From Syntrophorhabdaceae bacterium (GTDB lineage: Bacteria > Desulfobacterota > Syntrophorhabdia > Syntrophorhabdales > Syntrophorhabdaceae), in assembly GCA_963666485.2 (NCBI GenBank), contig CAXXUO010000001.1, positions 480,001 to 544,000 of the forward strand: 64,000 nt of DNA. The letters run 5' to 3'. Positions 47,311 through 59,000 of the stretch are shown here, in pieces. The notes under the pieces were generated by a model, which was given only the letters and a program-made list of their open reading frames with translations, did no database searches and was not told the origin of the DNA. A program made the translations under genes and the position numbers. Positions within the stretch are counted from its first letter, which is position 1. Each line of letters begins with the position of its first letter.

Positions 47311-48783
47311 CTACATACTCCTAAACTTGTAATATTCCACCGGGGCATAGTCGTCGGTTATGACTGGCATATCGAGCGGTATATCTTCCTTCCACCGGTA
47401 GCCGAGATATTCGTTCAATTCCCGGTCAGCTGACACCAGGGCCGGTTCTTTTGCGTTCTTGAGCGCCACCAGGATCACGTTCTGGGACTCCCGGGCATCT
47501 TCGATACGGACCCGGAAGAGATAGACCCGGGGAAAGAATTTCTTGTACGTGGCGATCTCCGCCCGGAGGAATTCCCCTTTTTTCCCGTTGATGCCCGAGA
47601 TTATGTTCTGGATCACGAGCCCCTCGTCATTGAGCGCCCTGTACATGCGTTCCACGGCCTCAGAGGTCGCCAGCTGATACGGGACGGAATTGAAGGAATT
47701 GAAGGCGTCACTGTAAATGACATCGTATTTATTGGCCGTCTTATTGAGGAATGTGCGCGCATCCTCATGAAATATCCTCAACCGGGCGTTGTCATACAAC
47801 CCGAAATACTTCCGGGCTATCTTCGTCATACCCGGGTCTATCTCCACGACATCCATGGTAGACCGCGGATGCTTCTTCAAGAAATCCTTCGGATACGAAT
47901 AGCCGCAACCCCCGATCATCAGGGCAGACCGTATATTCGGGTTGAAGTGCTTCGCGAGACGGAAATATTTCGTATACCTGAAGACGAGGTCCCCGTCGTA
48001 CAGATACATTGCCGACTGCGCCGCAAAAGGGTCCGTATACAGAACGACCATCGGCTTATCCGACCTGAGCTCGTAACTGACCCAGACCTTGTTGTACGGG
48101 GTGTCGATATCGATGATGCCCTGTTTCGTAAAGATATGGTGGATATTCCCAAAGAACACCAGGCCGAGGAAGACGCTTATGAGGATCACCTTTGTCCTGA
48201 AATAGATCTTTGTGCTCGCCAGGAGCGACAAGCCGAACAGGACGGCCGTCATGGAAAACAGTATTTTCGTCGTACCGAAGAACGGAATGATAAAGAACCC
48301 TGCCGAAAAGGTGCCGGCGATGCTGCCTATCGTCGAAATCGCATACAGGCTGCCGACGGTTGACGCGGAGCTCTCGAGGCTGCTCATGCGTAATTTCACG
48401 GAAAAAGGCGATATCATCCCGAGCATTATGCTGGCAGGTGCGAACAGGAACAACGAGGCCATGAGCGCCGTATACTCGGAACGTATGTTGAACAGGGCGA
48501 CAGCCTCCAGAACGATATGGTGCGTGAACACCGTGAGCCCGACAAATACCGCCGCAAGGAAAAGGATGCCGGAAAAATAATTCCAGTGGGCTTTTTTATC
48601 CGCAAGTTTGCCGCCCAGGTAATATCCCAGGCTCAACGCCCCCAGGATCACCCCGATCAGGCTGCTCCAGACGTATATCGAGGTGCCGACATAGGGCGAT
48701 ATCAGCCGTGATCCCACGAGCTCGTAGATCATGACAATGGCGCCCGAAATAAAGACAATGCATTCAAGTGTGTATTTTTTCAT
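47311..48783 (-). CDS. fused membrane / spermidine synthase-like protein
   Basis: M.YELVGSRL..P..G.S...W; LYAISTIGSIAGTF; IGGCGYS, VEIDP, DAR.FL, DAF, TDDYAPVE. Confidence 0.9.
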   Translation of the reverse strand: MKKYTLECIVFISGAIVMIYELVGSRLISPYVGTSIYVWSSLIGVILGALSLGYYLGGKLADKKAHWNYFSGILFLAAVFVGLTVFTHHIVLEAVALFNIRSEYTALMASLFLFAPASIMLGMISPFSVKLRMSSLESSASTVGSLYAISTIGSIAGTFSAGFFIIPFFGTTKILFSMTAVLFGLSLLASTKIYFRTKVILISVFLGLVFFGNIHHIFTKQGIIDIDTPYNKVWVSYELRSDKPMVVLYTDPFAAQSAMYLYDGDLVFRYTKYFRLAKHFNPNIRSALMIGGCGYSYPKDFLKKHPRSTMDVVEIDPGMTKIARKYFGLYDNARLRIFHEDARTFLNKTANKYDVIYSDAFNSFNSVPYQLATSEAVERMYRALNDEGLVIQNIISGINGKKGEFLRAEIATYKKFFPRVYLFRVRIEDARESQNVILVALKNAKEPALVSADRELNEYLGYRWKEDIPLDMPVITDDYAPVEYYKFRSM

Positions 48784-48876
48784 CCTTCTTCCTGCTCCGA
48801 TCGTTGGAAAGGAGATTGTATCAATATTGGGATGCTTATTTCAATGGAACAGTGGGGAAGATCGGGTCCTCCCATC

Positions 48877-48900
48877 CCCCATTGCCCATTGCCCATTGCC
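48877..48900. repeat. heptamer tandem (CCCATTG)x3
   Basis: cccattgcccattgcccattgcc. Confidence 0.8.
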
Positions 48901-48948
48901 TTGTTATAATACCATTGACCGGTAAATACTTTTTCTGGAGGCTACATT

Positions 48949-49350
48949 ATGACCGCTATCGAATACCTGAAAGCAAACCCCGTATTTCATATTGCAACCG
49001 TCGAAGGGACGAAGGCCCGGGTGCGTCCGTTCGGGTTCAGCATGGCCCGGAATGGCGCGATATATCTCTGCACAAACAAGACGAAGGACGTGTACAAGCA
49101 GCTCGTGAACAACCCCGAGATAGAGATCTCCGATATGGGCAGCGACATGACGTGGCTGAGGATACGCGGCCGGATCGCCTTTGATGAATCGAGGGATGCA
49201 AAGGTCCAGGCGTTCGCGGAATCAGCAAACCTTCTGAAGGTTTACCCGAAGGGCGCAGACGACGAGACCTTTATAACGTTCTATTTCACCGAAGCAGTCG
49301 CAACGCTCTTTTCATTCACAGCCGCACCAAAAACGATACCTCTCGTATAG
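48949..49350 (+). CDS. pyridoxamine 5'-phosphate oxidase-like FMN-binding protein
   Basis: ATVEG...RVRPF, CTNKTK.VYKQL..NP.IEI, WLRIRG. Confidence 0.9.
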   Translation: MTAIEYLKANPVFHIATVEGTKARVRPFGFSMARNGAIYLCTNKTKDVYKQLVNNPEIEISDMGSDMTWLRIRGRIAFDESRDAKVQAFAESANLLKVYPKGADDETFITFYFTEAVATLFSFTAAPKTIPLV

Positions 49351-49606
49351 GTACGGATTTTTTGCAGTCTCCCGGGCCCTTAAGGTTGCCGCCGGTGAGC
49401 CCGAACGCTTTCTAACACCGCACCTGGTCGTGATGTGCAGAAAATAATATGGTAAAGACGCCCATAATTTTGCCCCAATAATTCAACGGATAGACTCTTC
49501 GTTCCTTGTGGTAAGATTATCCCGGCTACAGGGGCGATGGGGGGATAGGTTCCGGGTTCTTAATTGTCAGGGCATACATCCCCGTGATTCTGGAACATAA
49601 AAAAGG

Positions 49607-49804
49607 GTGGGTGTGATGGTTAAATGTCCGACGTGCGGAAATGAAGTCCGGGTTGTTTCTTTCGGTTCCGCATTTCTTGCGGTATGCTGCGGCAGGATAA
49701 TCTACAGGGGCTCAACACCGCCCCCGCCGGGCGTAAGCCCGGCCGATCGCGACGAAAACCAGAACAGGGTCATATTTCTCGACGAAAAATTTAGCCGCGC
49801 ATAA
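49607..49804 (+). CDS. small Cys-containing hypothetical protein
   Basis: CPTC...CCG.IIY; weak support. Confidence 0.55.
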   Translation: MGVMVKCPTCGNEVRVVSFGSAFLAVCCGRIIYRGSTPPPPGVSPADRDENQNRVIFLDEKFSRA

Positions 49805-49835
49805 TACGAAGGGTCGGAAAAGATCTCCGGACCTC

Positions 49836-50168
49836 TTATTTCAGCACCCAGTGATGTATGAGTGCACCGGCAAACCAGGCCCCAAAGCTCGAGCCCAGGA
49901 CCCCGGCCAGGGACATCTCCTTTTTTAAGCAGATAAAAGCTACGAGATAGAATAATATGCTTGGCAGAATACCCCAGAGTGCGCCCCGCGTAAAACCCTG
50001 CATTACCTGCCATTGTCCCTTGTTCTCAAAATAAACGAATGCCAGTATCAAGGCCCCCGCTAAAGGCATGACGCTTATCAGTCCGGCTATCGACGGAAAT
50101 TTCCGCGCAATCCCTGTGGCGGCGAGTATGACGGCCACGCTGATCACTATTTTAATAGCAAGCTGCAT
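49836..50168 (-). CDS. DUF3147-like small membrane protein
   Basis: Four TMs; P.IAGLI..MPL pattern. Confidence 0.75.
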   Translation of the reverse strand: MQLAIKIVISVAVILAATGIARKFPSIAGLISVMPLAGALILAFVYFENKGQWQVMQGFTRGALWGILPSILFYLVAFICLKKEMSLAGVLGSSFGAWFAGALIHHWVLK

Positions 50169-50220
50169 AGATACACTCTCCTTTCCCGGGTATTCGATGC
50201 GCCTCATAATGAACGCCGTT

Positions 50221-51714
50221 TTATTTCTCGCCGGTTTTCGCGGCTGAGAGCGGGAGTGCTTCTTCCGCCATCCTGACCAATTCCCAGTAGGGCGGCCTGT
50301 ATCCGTTCTTTTCTTCGAACAAGGCCGCTAAAGCAAGGACCCGCTGCTTCACCCGTTTGTGCTCATTCTCCAACTCCATGGCTTTCACGGCGATGCAGGC
50401 ACCCATACCCTCAGGAACAGGGCCCACACCACCGAAAAGATTGCGTACTGCGCTGTATGCCTTTGCGAGCCCTGCGGGAACGAGCAGGTATACGGGACAG
50501 GCAAACCTGTTGCCCTTGTCCGCCCCCTCGAGCATGGCATCGACAACGGCATCGTCAACATGCGCCTGCCAGAGGGTGTCCGGGTCGCGTCCTTCGGCTA
50601 CCACCGAGAGTTGAGGATCATATTCCAGGTCGGCGGGTGCCTCTGTCACGAAGTAACGGACACCGAAATCGCTGAGCCAGTTGACCACCCCCGGTGAGGA
50701 CATCGTCGTGAGAATCTGCCACAGGTCGATGCCGAAGGCGGAATACGCCTGTGACGCGACCTCGGAACAGAACTGCTCGGACGGGTCCTTGTAATCCATG
50801 GCGAAGTCATAAGGGATATGTCGTCTGCGCGCTTCATCATACGCCCATTGTGCAGCCCGGTGCGGAAGCATCGGGTCCTTTTCAAGAAACGGGTGGTCTG
50901 CCCTGAGCCTCAGCACCATAACGCGAAGCTTGACATCCTTCAAATATTCATCCACCGACGATATAACGACACCGCGTTCTATGTGTGCCTCGATAATGCC
51001 CGGTTTGCCTGTGGCCTCGTCTATATAAAGGAGTGCAACGTGCGAAAAATTACCGGGGTAGTCGTTGCCCCGGGCAATAAGGGCCGATGTCGGGGCGCCG
51101 CCCCGTGAAACCAGGATATCGCCGCTGTGGAGCTTAAGCCCGGAATGCTCGGCCGAAGGGGTGGCTGACGGCTCCTCTGTGCCCGGAAGCACCCGGGGAA
51201 GGGAATTTTGGGGGGCCTGGAGCATTACCTCTTCCAGGGCTATCCTGCCTCCATAGAGTATCCGGTAAAGCCGGTCCCGGACCTGCTTGTCTTTGACATC
51301 CCATCGGACCGATTGCCTCTTCAAAGCGGTCCGTGTTGACGCTATAAGAGCGGCGTACTCTTTGACGCGCCCGGGGCACGCCGCCATCAGCGGGCCAAGA
51401 GCGAAAAGGTTGGCCTCGATCTCGTCAAAGATCCGGTCGGCGGGTTTCAGTTCCGCGAGGGCCATACGCGCATACTGCTCACTGCCATCCTTAAGACGCT
51501 TATCTATCTCGGGGTCAGCATTTTTGCAGCCGGTGGAGCGAACATCCCGAAACCGTTTTTCCAGTGCCTGCCATAATTCGTTCTGGTCCCAGGCAAAGGC
51601 GGCGGCACCCGCCCCGGTGCTTTGAGGGGCATCCCCGGCAGCATGCGACAGGCTGATCAGAATTGATCCAAGAATGAAAAGACCGATCAATACAGGTCTT
51701 CTGGCGTACGTCAT
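50221..51714 (-). CDS. secreted permuted papain-like amidase (YiiX/YebB-like NlpC/P60)
   Basis: Signal peptide; LHSGDILVSR, FSHVAL, IIEA, YDF, FCSEV (His precedes Cys). Confidence 0.85.
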   Translation of the reverse strand: MTYARRPVLIGLFILGSILISLSHAAGDAPQSTGAGAAAFAWDQNELWQALEKRFRDVRSTGCKNADPEIDKRLKDGSEQYARMALAELKPADRIFDEIEANLFALGPLMAACPGRVKEYAALIASTRTALKRQSVRWDVKDKQVRDRLYRILYGGRIALEEVMLQAPQNSLPRVLPGTEEPSATPSAEHSGLKLHSGDILVSRGGAPTSALIARGNDYPGNFSHVALLYIDEATGKPGIIEAHIERGVVISSVDEYLKDVKLRVMVLRLRADHPFLEKDPMLPHRAAQWAYDEARRRHIPYDFAMDYKDPSEQFCSEVASQAYSAFGIDLWQILTTMSSPGVVNWLSDFGVRYFVTEAPADLEYDPQLSVVAEGRDPDTLWQAHVDDAVVDAMLEGADKGNRFACPVYLLVPAGLAKAYSAVRNLFGGVGPVPEGMGACIAVKAMELENEHKRVKQRVLALAALFEEKNGYRPPYWELVRMAEEALPLSAAKTGEK

Positions 51715-52039
51715 GGCACCCCCCTTACCGGCTTTAAGGCCTCTGCGACAACCCTCTCATCCGTCATCATGAGCGGTCAATCTACATTATCCTGACAGCG
51801 GCCATGTCTGCAATAAGAAATTAGGTTGCGAAATGTGATGGAAGAGTACACCCCGTTTGTGGGCCCGCCGGATAAACAGTATGACAGCAAAACATTAACG
51901 CAAGGCAAAACAAGATCGAATTAAACACACACCCCGAAAATTATAGAGAAAATTTTCTTGCATAGTACCCGTATTCTGATTGAAAATAAACCGCGGGCCG
52001 GATGTCCCGCACACTATCTAATTTCCGGGAGGACGTGGT

Positions 52040-52339
52040 ATGAGTAAATATTTTCACCGTTTTTGCATTGCAATATTTGTCTTTGCAGCGGCAGCGTTGA
52101 TCTTTGCAGTGCCTTACGTACAGCTGGCATCTGCCGAGGACATTCCGAAAACAGAAAAAGCCGGTAAAACGGGAAGTTCCGCCGAGACAAAAATGATGAA
52201 CAAACAGGAGAAGACGCCGAAGGTCAAGACAATGGGCAACGGAGCGGACAAGGCGAAGGTCAAGACCGGCGCAGAGGCCAAGGGCGGGGATGATGTTACC
52301 CTGAAAAAAGGCGGAAAGGCGACAGCTCCCGCAAAATAA
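52040..52339 (+). CDS. small secreted Lys-rich protein
   Basis: GGAGG RBS, signal peptide, low-complexity K/A/T mature part. Confidence 0.75.
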   Translation: MSKYFHRFCIAIFVFAAAALIFAVPYVQLASAEDIPKTEKAGKTGSSAETKMMNKQEKTPKVKTMGNGADKAKVKTGAEAKGGDDVTLKKGGKATAPAK

Positions 52340-52375
52340 GATCAACGCGCGATGTCGGAAGATCAAGGGGATGAT

Positions 52376-52579
52376 ATGAAAACATTTCTTACAGCGATCA
52401 TCATATGTTTTTTATTTTTCACCTTCACGTGCACATCCTTCGGCATGATGAAAAGCACGGGCATCGTAAAACCGGGTGATAAAACAAAAACGACCAAAGC
52501 AACCGAGGATAAGAAAGACCCCAAAGACGCGACAAAGGGAAAGAAAGTAGAGCAAAAAGAGCAACAGAAGATAAAATAA
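52376..52579 (+). CDS. small secreted Lys-rich protein
   Basis: Signal peptide; ends GKKVEQKEQQKIK. Confidence 0.75.
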   Translation: MKTFLTAIIICFLFFTFTCTSFGMMKSTGIVKPGDKTKTTKATEDKKDPKDATKGKKVEQKEQQKIK

Positions 52580-52612
52580 ATTCAGGACCGCACAAAAGAG
52601 GAGGAAGAGATC

Positions 52613-52849
52613 ATGAAGAAAGTATGTATCGTATTGGTTGCCCTGTTCGTATTCGTCGCATTCGCAAGCGCTTCATTCGCGGCCACAGCCAAGAAGGTCG
52701 CGACTGACAATCCTGAAAATGCAAAACAGGGGTTCGTGCCCGACAAGACAAAAGCAGTCCCTGCGAAAGACACGGAACCGAAAGCGAAGGTAGACAAAAC
52801 AAATACGGGGAAAAAGATCGAAAAGAAAGAAGAACAGAAAAAGAAATAA
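52613..52849 (+). CDS. small secreted Lys-rich protein
   Basis: GAGGAGG RBS, signal peptide ASFA; ends GKKIEKKEEQKKK. Confidence 0.8.
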   Translation: MKKVCIVLVALFVFVAFASASFAATAKKVATDNPENAKQGFVPDKTKAVPAKDTEPKAKVDKTNTGKKIEKKEEQKKK

Positions 52850-52869
52850 CAGGTACGATTGCCTGATCG

Positions 52870-52901
52870 AACCGCCGGCTACTTCCGCCGGCGGTTTTTT
52901 T
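52870..52901 (+). terminator. intrinsic terminator
   Basis: aaccgccggc-tacttcc-gccggcggtt followed by a T run. Confidence 0.85.
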
Positions 52902-52919
52902 CTGCCTGTAAGGCGGCCA

Positions 52920-53927
52920 TTATGTAAGCCTGAATAATTTGAATATGAGCATGCACAGCGCCCCGACGATTGCGGACGCCGGTATCGTGATGAACCAGGC
53001 GACGACCACTCCTCCCGCGACACCCCAGCGCACCGCGGAAAAACGCTTTGATGACCCGACCCCGAGCAGGGACGACGTTGTGACCTGGGTCGTGCTTATA
53101 GGGGCCCCGAAGAGCGATGCTGTAAAAATGACGCCCGCGGTCGCGCTCTGCGACGCAAAGCCATGGACCGGGCGCATCCGCAAGATCTTCTGCCCCATCG
53201 TCTTGATGATCCTCCACCCGCCGTTCAAGGTGCCCATCATGATGACCGCCGCGCAGGCGATCTTTACCCATACCGGAATGTAAAGCACGGGTATCTTGTG
53301 GAAAATAAACAATGCCAGGGCGATTATGCCCATGGTCTTCTGGGCGTCGTTCATCCCGTGGCTTACCGACATGCCGGCAGCCGCGACGACCTGGAGGTTC
53401 TTGAAAATGGTGTTCGCGCTCTTGAACCGCATCCCGAGGCTGATCCATGCGAGAATAAGCATAAAAACATACCCCGCAATAAACCCGGCTACAGGGGACA
53501 GGAACAGGGGGAGAATAACCTTATACGTGATGGATGAATATTCAAGCGAGTTCCATCCGCTCTTTACGACAGCAGCACCGATAAGCCCGCCGATCAGTGC
53601 ATGGGATGAAGACGAGGGAAGACCAACGTGCCAGGTAAACAGGTTCCACAGGATCGCACCGGACAGTGCGGCAAGCAGGATAGTCTGGCTCCCCAGGATC
53701 ATCTCCGGGCTGACAATGCCCTTCCCGATCGTTTCGGCAACGTGCGTACCGAGAAAGGCGCCGGCAAAATTAAGGACCCCCGACATGATGACCGCGGTCC
53801 GGGGAGACAGCACGCGCGTTGAAACGACAGAGGCGATGGCATTGGCGCTGTCGTGCGCACCGTTCGTATAGTCGAAGACCAGCGCGACGATCACAATGAT
53901 CACGAGGAGCGCCGTCGATTCAGGCAT
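52920..53927 (-). CDS. pit: inorganic phosphate transporter (PiT family)
   Basis: NGAHDSANAIA, PSSSSHALIGG, HGMNDAQKTMG, PISTT. Confidence 0.95.
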   Translation of the reverse strand: MPESTALLVIIVIVALVFDYTNGAHDSANAIASVVSTRVLSPRTAVIMSGVLNFAGAFLGTHVAETIGKGIVSPEMILGSQTILLAALSGAILWNLFTWHVGLPSSSSHALIGGLIGAAVVKSGWNSLEYSSITYKVILPLFLSPVAGFIAGYVFMLILAWISLGMRFKSANTIFKNLQVVAAAGMSVSHGMNDAQKTMGIIALALFIFHKIPVLYIPVWVKIACAAVIMMGTLNGGWRIIKTMGQKILRMRPVHGFASQSATAGVIFTASLFGAPISTTQVTTSSLLGVGSSKRFSAVRWGVAGGVVVAWFITIPASAIVGALCMLIFKLFRLT

Positions 53928-54549
53928 TCTTGATGCTTACCCCTTCGATGATATTGGCAAGTGTCCCGGCCTTGTTCAGTGCCCGCTCGATCCGGTTGTA
54001 GATCTGGTTCCACATGAGGACCTGCAGGACCTCCTTGCTGTCCAGGGGATTGGAGTCGTAGATCTCGGCGAGCGCCATAAGGAGCTGCATCTCCGACTGG
54101 TTGGTTATTGCGATGATGTTCTTGGAATGTTGTTCGGTTGCCTTTTTGCTGCCGAGCTTGTGCAGCATGATCTCCGTCTCTTCGACGATCTCCCGCAGGT
54201 TCTCGACGAGCTCCACGGCGCTCGGCTTGACCGTGCCGAAGCGGTAGAGGCCGATACGGGAGGCGACCGATTTTATCGCATTCAGGACGTCCTCCTGCCC
54301 CATATTGATCGCATGGATGTCTTCACGATCGAGGGGGGTTATGAATGAAAGGGAAAGCTGCGATGAGATCTCACGGGAAAGGTCGTCCCCTTCGATCTCG
54401 AGATTGATTATTTTTTCGCATTTCTCGGAAACGCCCGTAAAATCCTTGAAGATAGAATCAAGGACAATGGCGGCATCCTTGACTATATTGCTCTGTTTTT
54501 CAAACAAGTCGAAGAATTTAGATACTTTCGGAAAGAATCTCGGGCTCAT
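53920..54549 (-). CDS. DUF47 phosphate-transport regulator
   Basis: E.EGD, SFITPLDREDI, ends KNA; upstream of pit. Confidence 0.93.
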   Translation of the reverse strand: MSPRFFPKVSKFFDLFEKQSNIVKDAAIVLDSIFKDFTGVSEKCEKIINLEIEGDDLSREISSQLSLSFITPLDREDIHAINMGQEDVLNAIKSVASRIGLYRFGTVKPSAVELVENLREIVEETEIMLHKLGSKKATEQHSKNIIAITNQSEMQLLMALAEIYDSNPLDSKEVLQVLMWNQIYNRIERALNKAGTLANIIEGVSIKNA

Positions 54550-54792
54550 AGCAGGTCATCCTTACAGTTTCTCAGCACATACAACGGGCAGTTCAATTTC
54601 AGGTCCGGGATACGGTATATTTCAGCTTTTTTTGAGGCGGCAATCAATATAATTTTTCAACGATGTTTAATGCCATGTTATCCTTGACCATTTTTTTTAT
54701 CAATACTAGAATGTCGTCAATCAAATATCGTTTTGTGGTCATTTACGTGCGTCGCGCATACAGGCCAAAAATTACCGTTGCCGGAGGGGTAC

Positions 54793-55959
54793 ATGGAAAT
54801 GTCTTTTTATAACAAACAGATACGCCATATGAGTCGTTATATTTTCATTGCGCTCCTCGTAACTGCCCTTTTTACCGTGCCCGGCGTAAGACCCGTCCAT
54901 GCCGACCCCCTGCTCGACGAGATAGTGCAATTTTCCGGCGAGATGTTCGGGGCCCAGCACAATGTGCCTGCCGTCATCATCGCCGTGGTACACAAGGACA
55001 AGACCTCTATCCGCGGATTCGGCGAACGCGCCGGCAAGGATAGCAAGCCCCCGGACGGCAATACGATATTGAGGATCGGCTCCATCACCAAGGCGTTTGA
55101 CGGCGAGGTCCTTGCCCATCTCGCCGCCAGGAATATCGTACAGTTTACTGACCCGGTCACAAAGGCCTGGCCTGAGCTTGCCGTGAATGCGAAGGCCAAC
55201 GTCGGGCAGATCCGCTTCATCGACCTCGTGACACATTCCGCCGGATTGCCCCGGGAGCTTCCCCTTGACCCGCAGGCAAAGGGGCCGGTAACGATTGACG
55301 CATACACCGGGTGGTTCAAGCAAAATAGACTTCTTTTCGAGCCGGGCAGATCGGTACACTACTCGAATGTCGGGTTCGACCTGCTTGCCGTCGGATTATC
55401 GAAGGCAGCGAATAAACCTTTTGCCAGTCTCCTGCAGCACTATGTGACCGGCCCTTTAGGCATGAAGGATACCGTATTTGTCCTTTCCCCGGAGCAACGG
55501 CAACGGCTCATGCAGGGCCATGACCCCGACGGGGCGCTTATACCGGACACAACCCCTCCTCCCGTAAATTACGGGGCAGGGGCCCTGTATTCAACAGCGG
55601 ATGATCTCGTGAAATGGATGCGCTGGCATCTCGACCGTTTCGGCCGGAAAGATGCCGAAGCCCGGCTGCTCAGCCATGCCCTCTATCTGCCGCATGACGG
55701 GCTTCAACTCGTGTCAGGGTTCGACGAATCGGGGCCGATGGATGCCATGGGGCTCGGGTGGGTCGCCATGATGCCGGCCGGCAACCGGCCGTACATTCTC
55801 CAGAAGAGCGGTGCATTGCAGGGAACGATCAGTTATATCGCCTTTTCGCCTGCGCGGGACACGGCGGTCTTCGTCGCAATCAATAAATTCGACTTCGGCG
55901 CCGCTGCGGCAATGGTAAAACTGGCCAACAACCTTATAACAACATTGGCCCAGCGCTGA
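54793..55959 (+). CDS. serine hydrolase, beta-lactamase/AmpH-like D-peptidase
   Basis: SITK, YSN and KSG motifs; signal peptide. Confidence 0.9.
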   Translation: MEMSFYNKQIRHMSRYIFIALLVTALFTVPGVRPVHADPLLDEIVQFSGEMFGAQHNVPAVIIAVVHKDKTSIRGFGERAGKDSKPPDGNTILRIGSITKAFDGEVLAHLAARNIVQFTDPVTKAWPELAVNAKANVGQIRFIDLVTHSAGLPRELPLDPQAKGPVTIDAYTGWFKQNRLLFEPGRSVHYSNVGFDLLAVGLSKAANKPFASLLQHYVTGPLGMKDTVFVLSPEQRQRLMQGHDPDGALIPDTTPPPVNYGAGALYSTADDLVKWMRWHLDRFGRKDAEARLLSHALYLPHDGLQLVSGFDESGPMDAMGLGWVAMMPAGNRPYILQKSGALQGTISYIAFSPARDTAVFVAINKFDFGAAAAMVKLANNLITTLAQR

Positions 55960-56037
55960 CGCGTATTTCTCGTTATTGAAGTCAGAATAAAAATGGCGTC
56001 GGGAATGGCCACGCCTGCCTTCCCAAACGTGCCGCAG

Positions 56038-59000
56038 CTATCTGTCCAGGATCTCCCTGACCTTTGCAAGCAGATCGTCCGGCACAATTGGCTTGGCAAT
56101 GAAATCAACCTGCCCTTCTTCAACGCCCTTGTCGAGAATGATGTCCTTCGTATAACCGCTCATGAACAGGACTTTCACCGGCACATTCAGGTTTCGTATG
56201 GCGTCATAGGTTTCCCGCCCATTTTTCCTGGGCATGACAGAGTCGAGGACCATGAGGTCGACATCCGGGTGCCGCGTAAAGATGTCTATGGCATCCTGAC
56301 CGTCCGCAGCTTCGAGAACGGTATACCCATGATGGGTAAGTATCTCTTTCAAAAGGAGCCTTACCCCCGTATCGTCCTCGGCAACCAGAATGGTCTCTGT
56401 TCCTGTGTTGGCTTTTGGCGATCCGGAGAAGACCTGAGTTTCTTTCTGCTCGGTGTTTTCGGCCACAGGGAAGTAGATAAAGAACCTTGTCCCTTTTCGG
56501 ATTTCGCTCTGCACATCGATGTAACCCTTATGTTGTTTCACGATGCCATAGACGGTCGCCAATCCGAGGCCCGTCCCCCTGCCGGGCTCTTTGGTGGTAA
56601 AGAATGGATCGAACAATCTTTCCCTCGTGGATTCCTCTATGCCCGAACCCGTATCGGACACGATCAGGCGGGCATATTTTCCGGGAATACCGAATCCATG
56701 AGATTCGATAAACCTGCTTTCTATTTCAAACAGTCGGGTTTCGATCGTGAGGACCCCCCCGTTCTTCATGGCGTCCCTGGCGTTCGTGGCGAGGTTGAAA
56801 AGTATCTGGTCGATCTGGGTGGCGTCGGCCAGGATTATCACGTCTTCGGGAATGAGCGATATTGCCAGCTCAATATCTTCCGTGAGGAGCCTTTTCAGGA
56901 GCTTCTCGGTCCCCTTGATGCAGTCATTGATGTTGATCGGGGCAAGGGTGATGGGCTGCTTCCTGCTGAAGGCGAGCAGGCTGCGGGTCAGATTTGTCGC
57001 CTTCTCAGCGGCTGAAAGTATTTTGTCCACATAGTGTTTCAAGGGGTCTGTCTGCATATTCAACTGGAGAATGGTCCCGAATCCCATGATGACAGTGAGA
57101 ATATTATTGAAATCATGGGCAATCCCGCCTGCAAGGGTGCCGATGGCCTCCATCTTTTGGGCTTGCCGGAGCTGGGATTGGAGTTTCGCCTCTTCCGTTA
57201 TATCTCTTTTGAGCGCGATATACCCCGTGAGTTGACCGGAGGAATTAATGAAAGGGCTTATGATCGCCGCTTCCTGGATAAGAGAACCATCTTTTCGCCT
57301 GTTCGTGACCTGACCGGTCCAGACCATGCCGCTCTTTATCGTCTTCCAGAGATTGTCGTAAAAAGCCTTATCATGAACACCGCTTTTGACTATCCGCGGC
57401 GTCTGGCCTATCGCCTCGGCGCGCGTGTACCCGGTGATCTTCTCGAAAGCCGGGTTCACGTACTGGATAACACCATCGAGGTCAGTAACAATGACATCTT
57501 CGGCCGACTGCTCGATCGCCGTGCTGAGGCGTTTTAATTCTTCTTCCGTTTTGAGCCGATCGGTAATATCGAGCACTGTACCGATAACGGCCGGTCTTGC
57601 CTGGTAAAAGGTTTGGGAACCATAGACCTCCACGTGCTTGAGCGTTCCGTCCCTGGCCCAGGCGCGAAACTGGTAACGTTTGGATTTCACGTCTCCCGAC
57701 GTCCTCTGGCGCACACTCTCCATCACCAGGGGCAGGTCCTCGTGAAAGATCACGTCCTGCAAGGTCAGGCGATCGACTATTTCCGAAGGTATGTACCCGA
57801 ACGTCGCGGCGAACTCCGCATTGACGTACTTGAATAGTCCATCCTGGTACAGGTAGATGCCTACCACGGATTTTTCCGCCAGGTCCCTGAACTTTCCTTC
57901 CGATTCGAGGAGCGCCTGCTCGGCCCTCTTTCGTTCGGTAACGTCGAGCAGGACACCGTTGAATACAATCTCGCGCCCGCTTGACGTGGGATTTGCGAGA
58001 CCGAGGAACCAGATAGTTTCGCCTGAATCTTTTATGAACCTGCCCTCGTAGTTCCATGGCTTTACGTCCTTAACAGCGTCTGTGATGGACGCGGCGAAAG
58101 ACCCGATACACTCGGGTGCGATCCTCGCGGAAAACCGCTCGAAAAAATCGTCCGGGTCGCTTTTCAGCCCGAAGGTACGCTGAGCGCTTTCGCTGACATA
58201 ATAAAGCCCCATTGTACCGCCTGGACGGGCATAGAACTGATAGACCACACCGGGGATGTTTTCCGCCGTGTCCCGCAACTGCACCTCGCGCTGCCGGAGC
58301 AACTCCTCGGTCCGCTTGAGTTCCGTAATGTCGGTCGCCGTGTTGATATGGGTCCCGCCGGGTGCCCGGGTTGCCTGCATAAGGATATCCCGGACCACCC
58401 CATCCTTGCGCACCCATTTTGTTTCAGCGACTCCCTGCGTATACAGGAGTTTTCCGGCCCGCTCATATTCCGCCGGGCTTTCGTAAAGGAACAGGGGATT
58501 CCGGCCTATGAGGTCCTTAAGGCCGTAACCTGTGATCTCGCACATTCTCTCATTTGCCCATTCCAGCATCCTGTCTCTTGCTCGGGCTATCCCGATGGGT
58601 GAGGCGAGAAGGATCGCCCTTAGCTGCTGCTCCGAAACGGCAAGTTGGGCTTCCGCCTGTTTGCGCTCGGTCATGTCGCGCACTATCGCCTGCAAATATA
58701 CAGCGCCATCGAGATCGAACCGGTTGAGGCTTACCTCGGTATCGAACGCCGTTCCGTCCAACCTTTGATGCCTCCACTCAAAGGTTTGAGGACTGCCTGC
58801 CAGAGCAAGGTTCATTTTTTCGATAGCCTTCATGCGGGAAGGTGTCCCGTCGGGCTGGACCCCGGGCGAGAAATCGATTGGTGAGCGACCGATAATATCG
58901 TCCTTGCCGCACCCGAACATGTTGAGCGTCTTACCGTTGCAATCCAGAAAAAGGTGGTCCTTCATCGTGAAGATGGCGTCATGTGCCGAATCAAAGAGCG

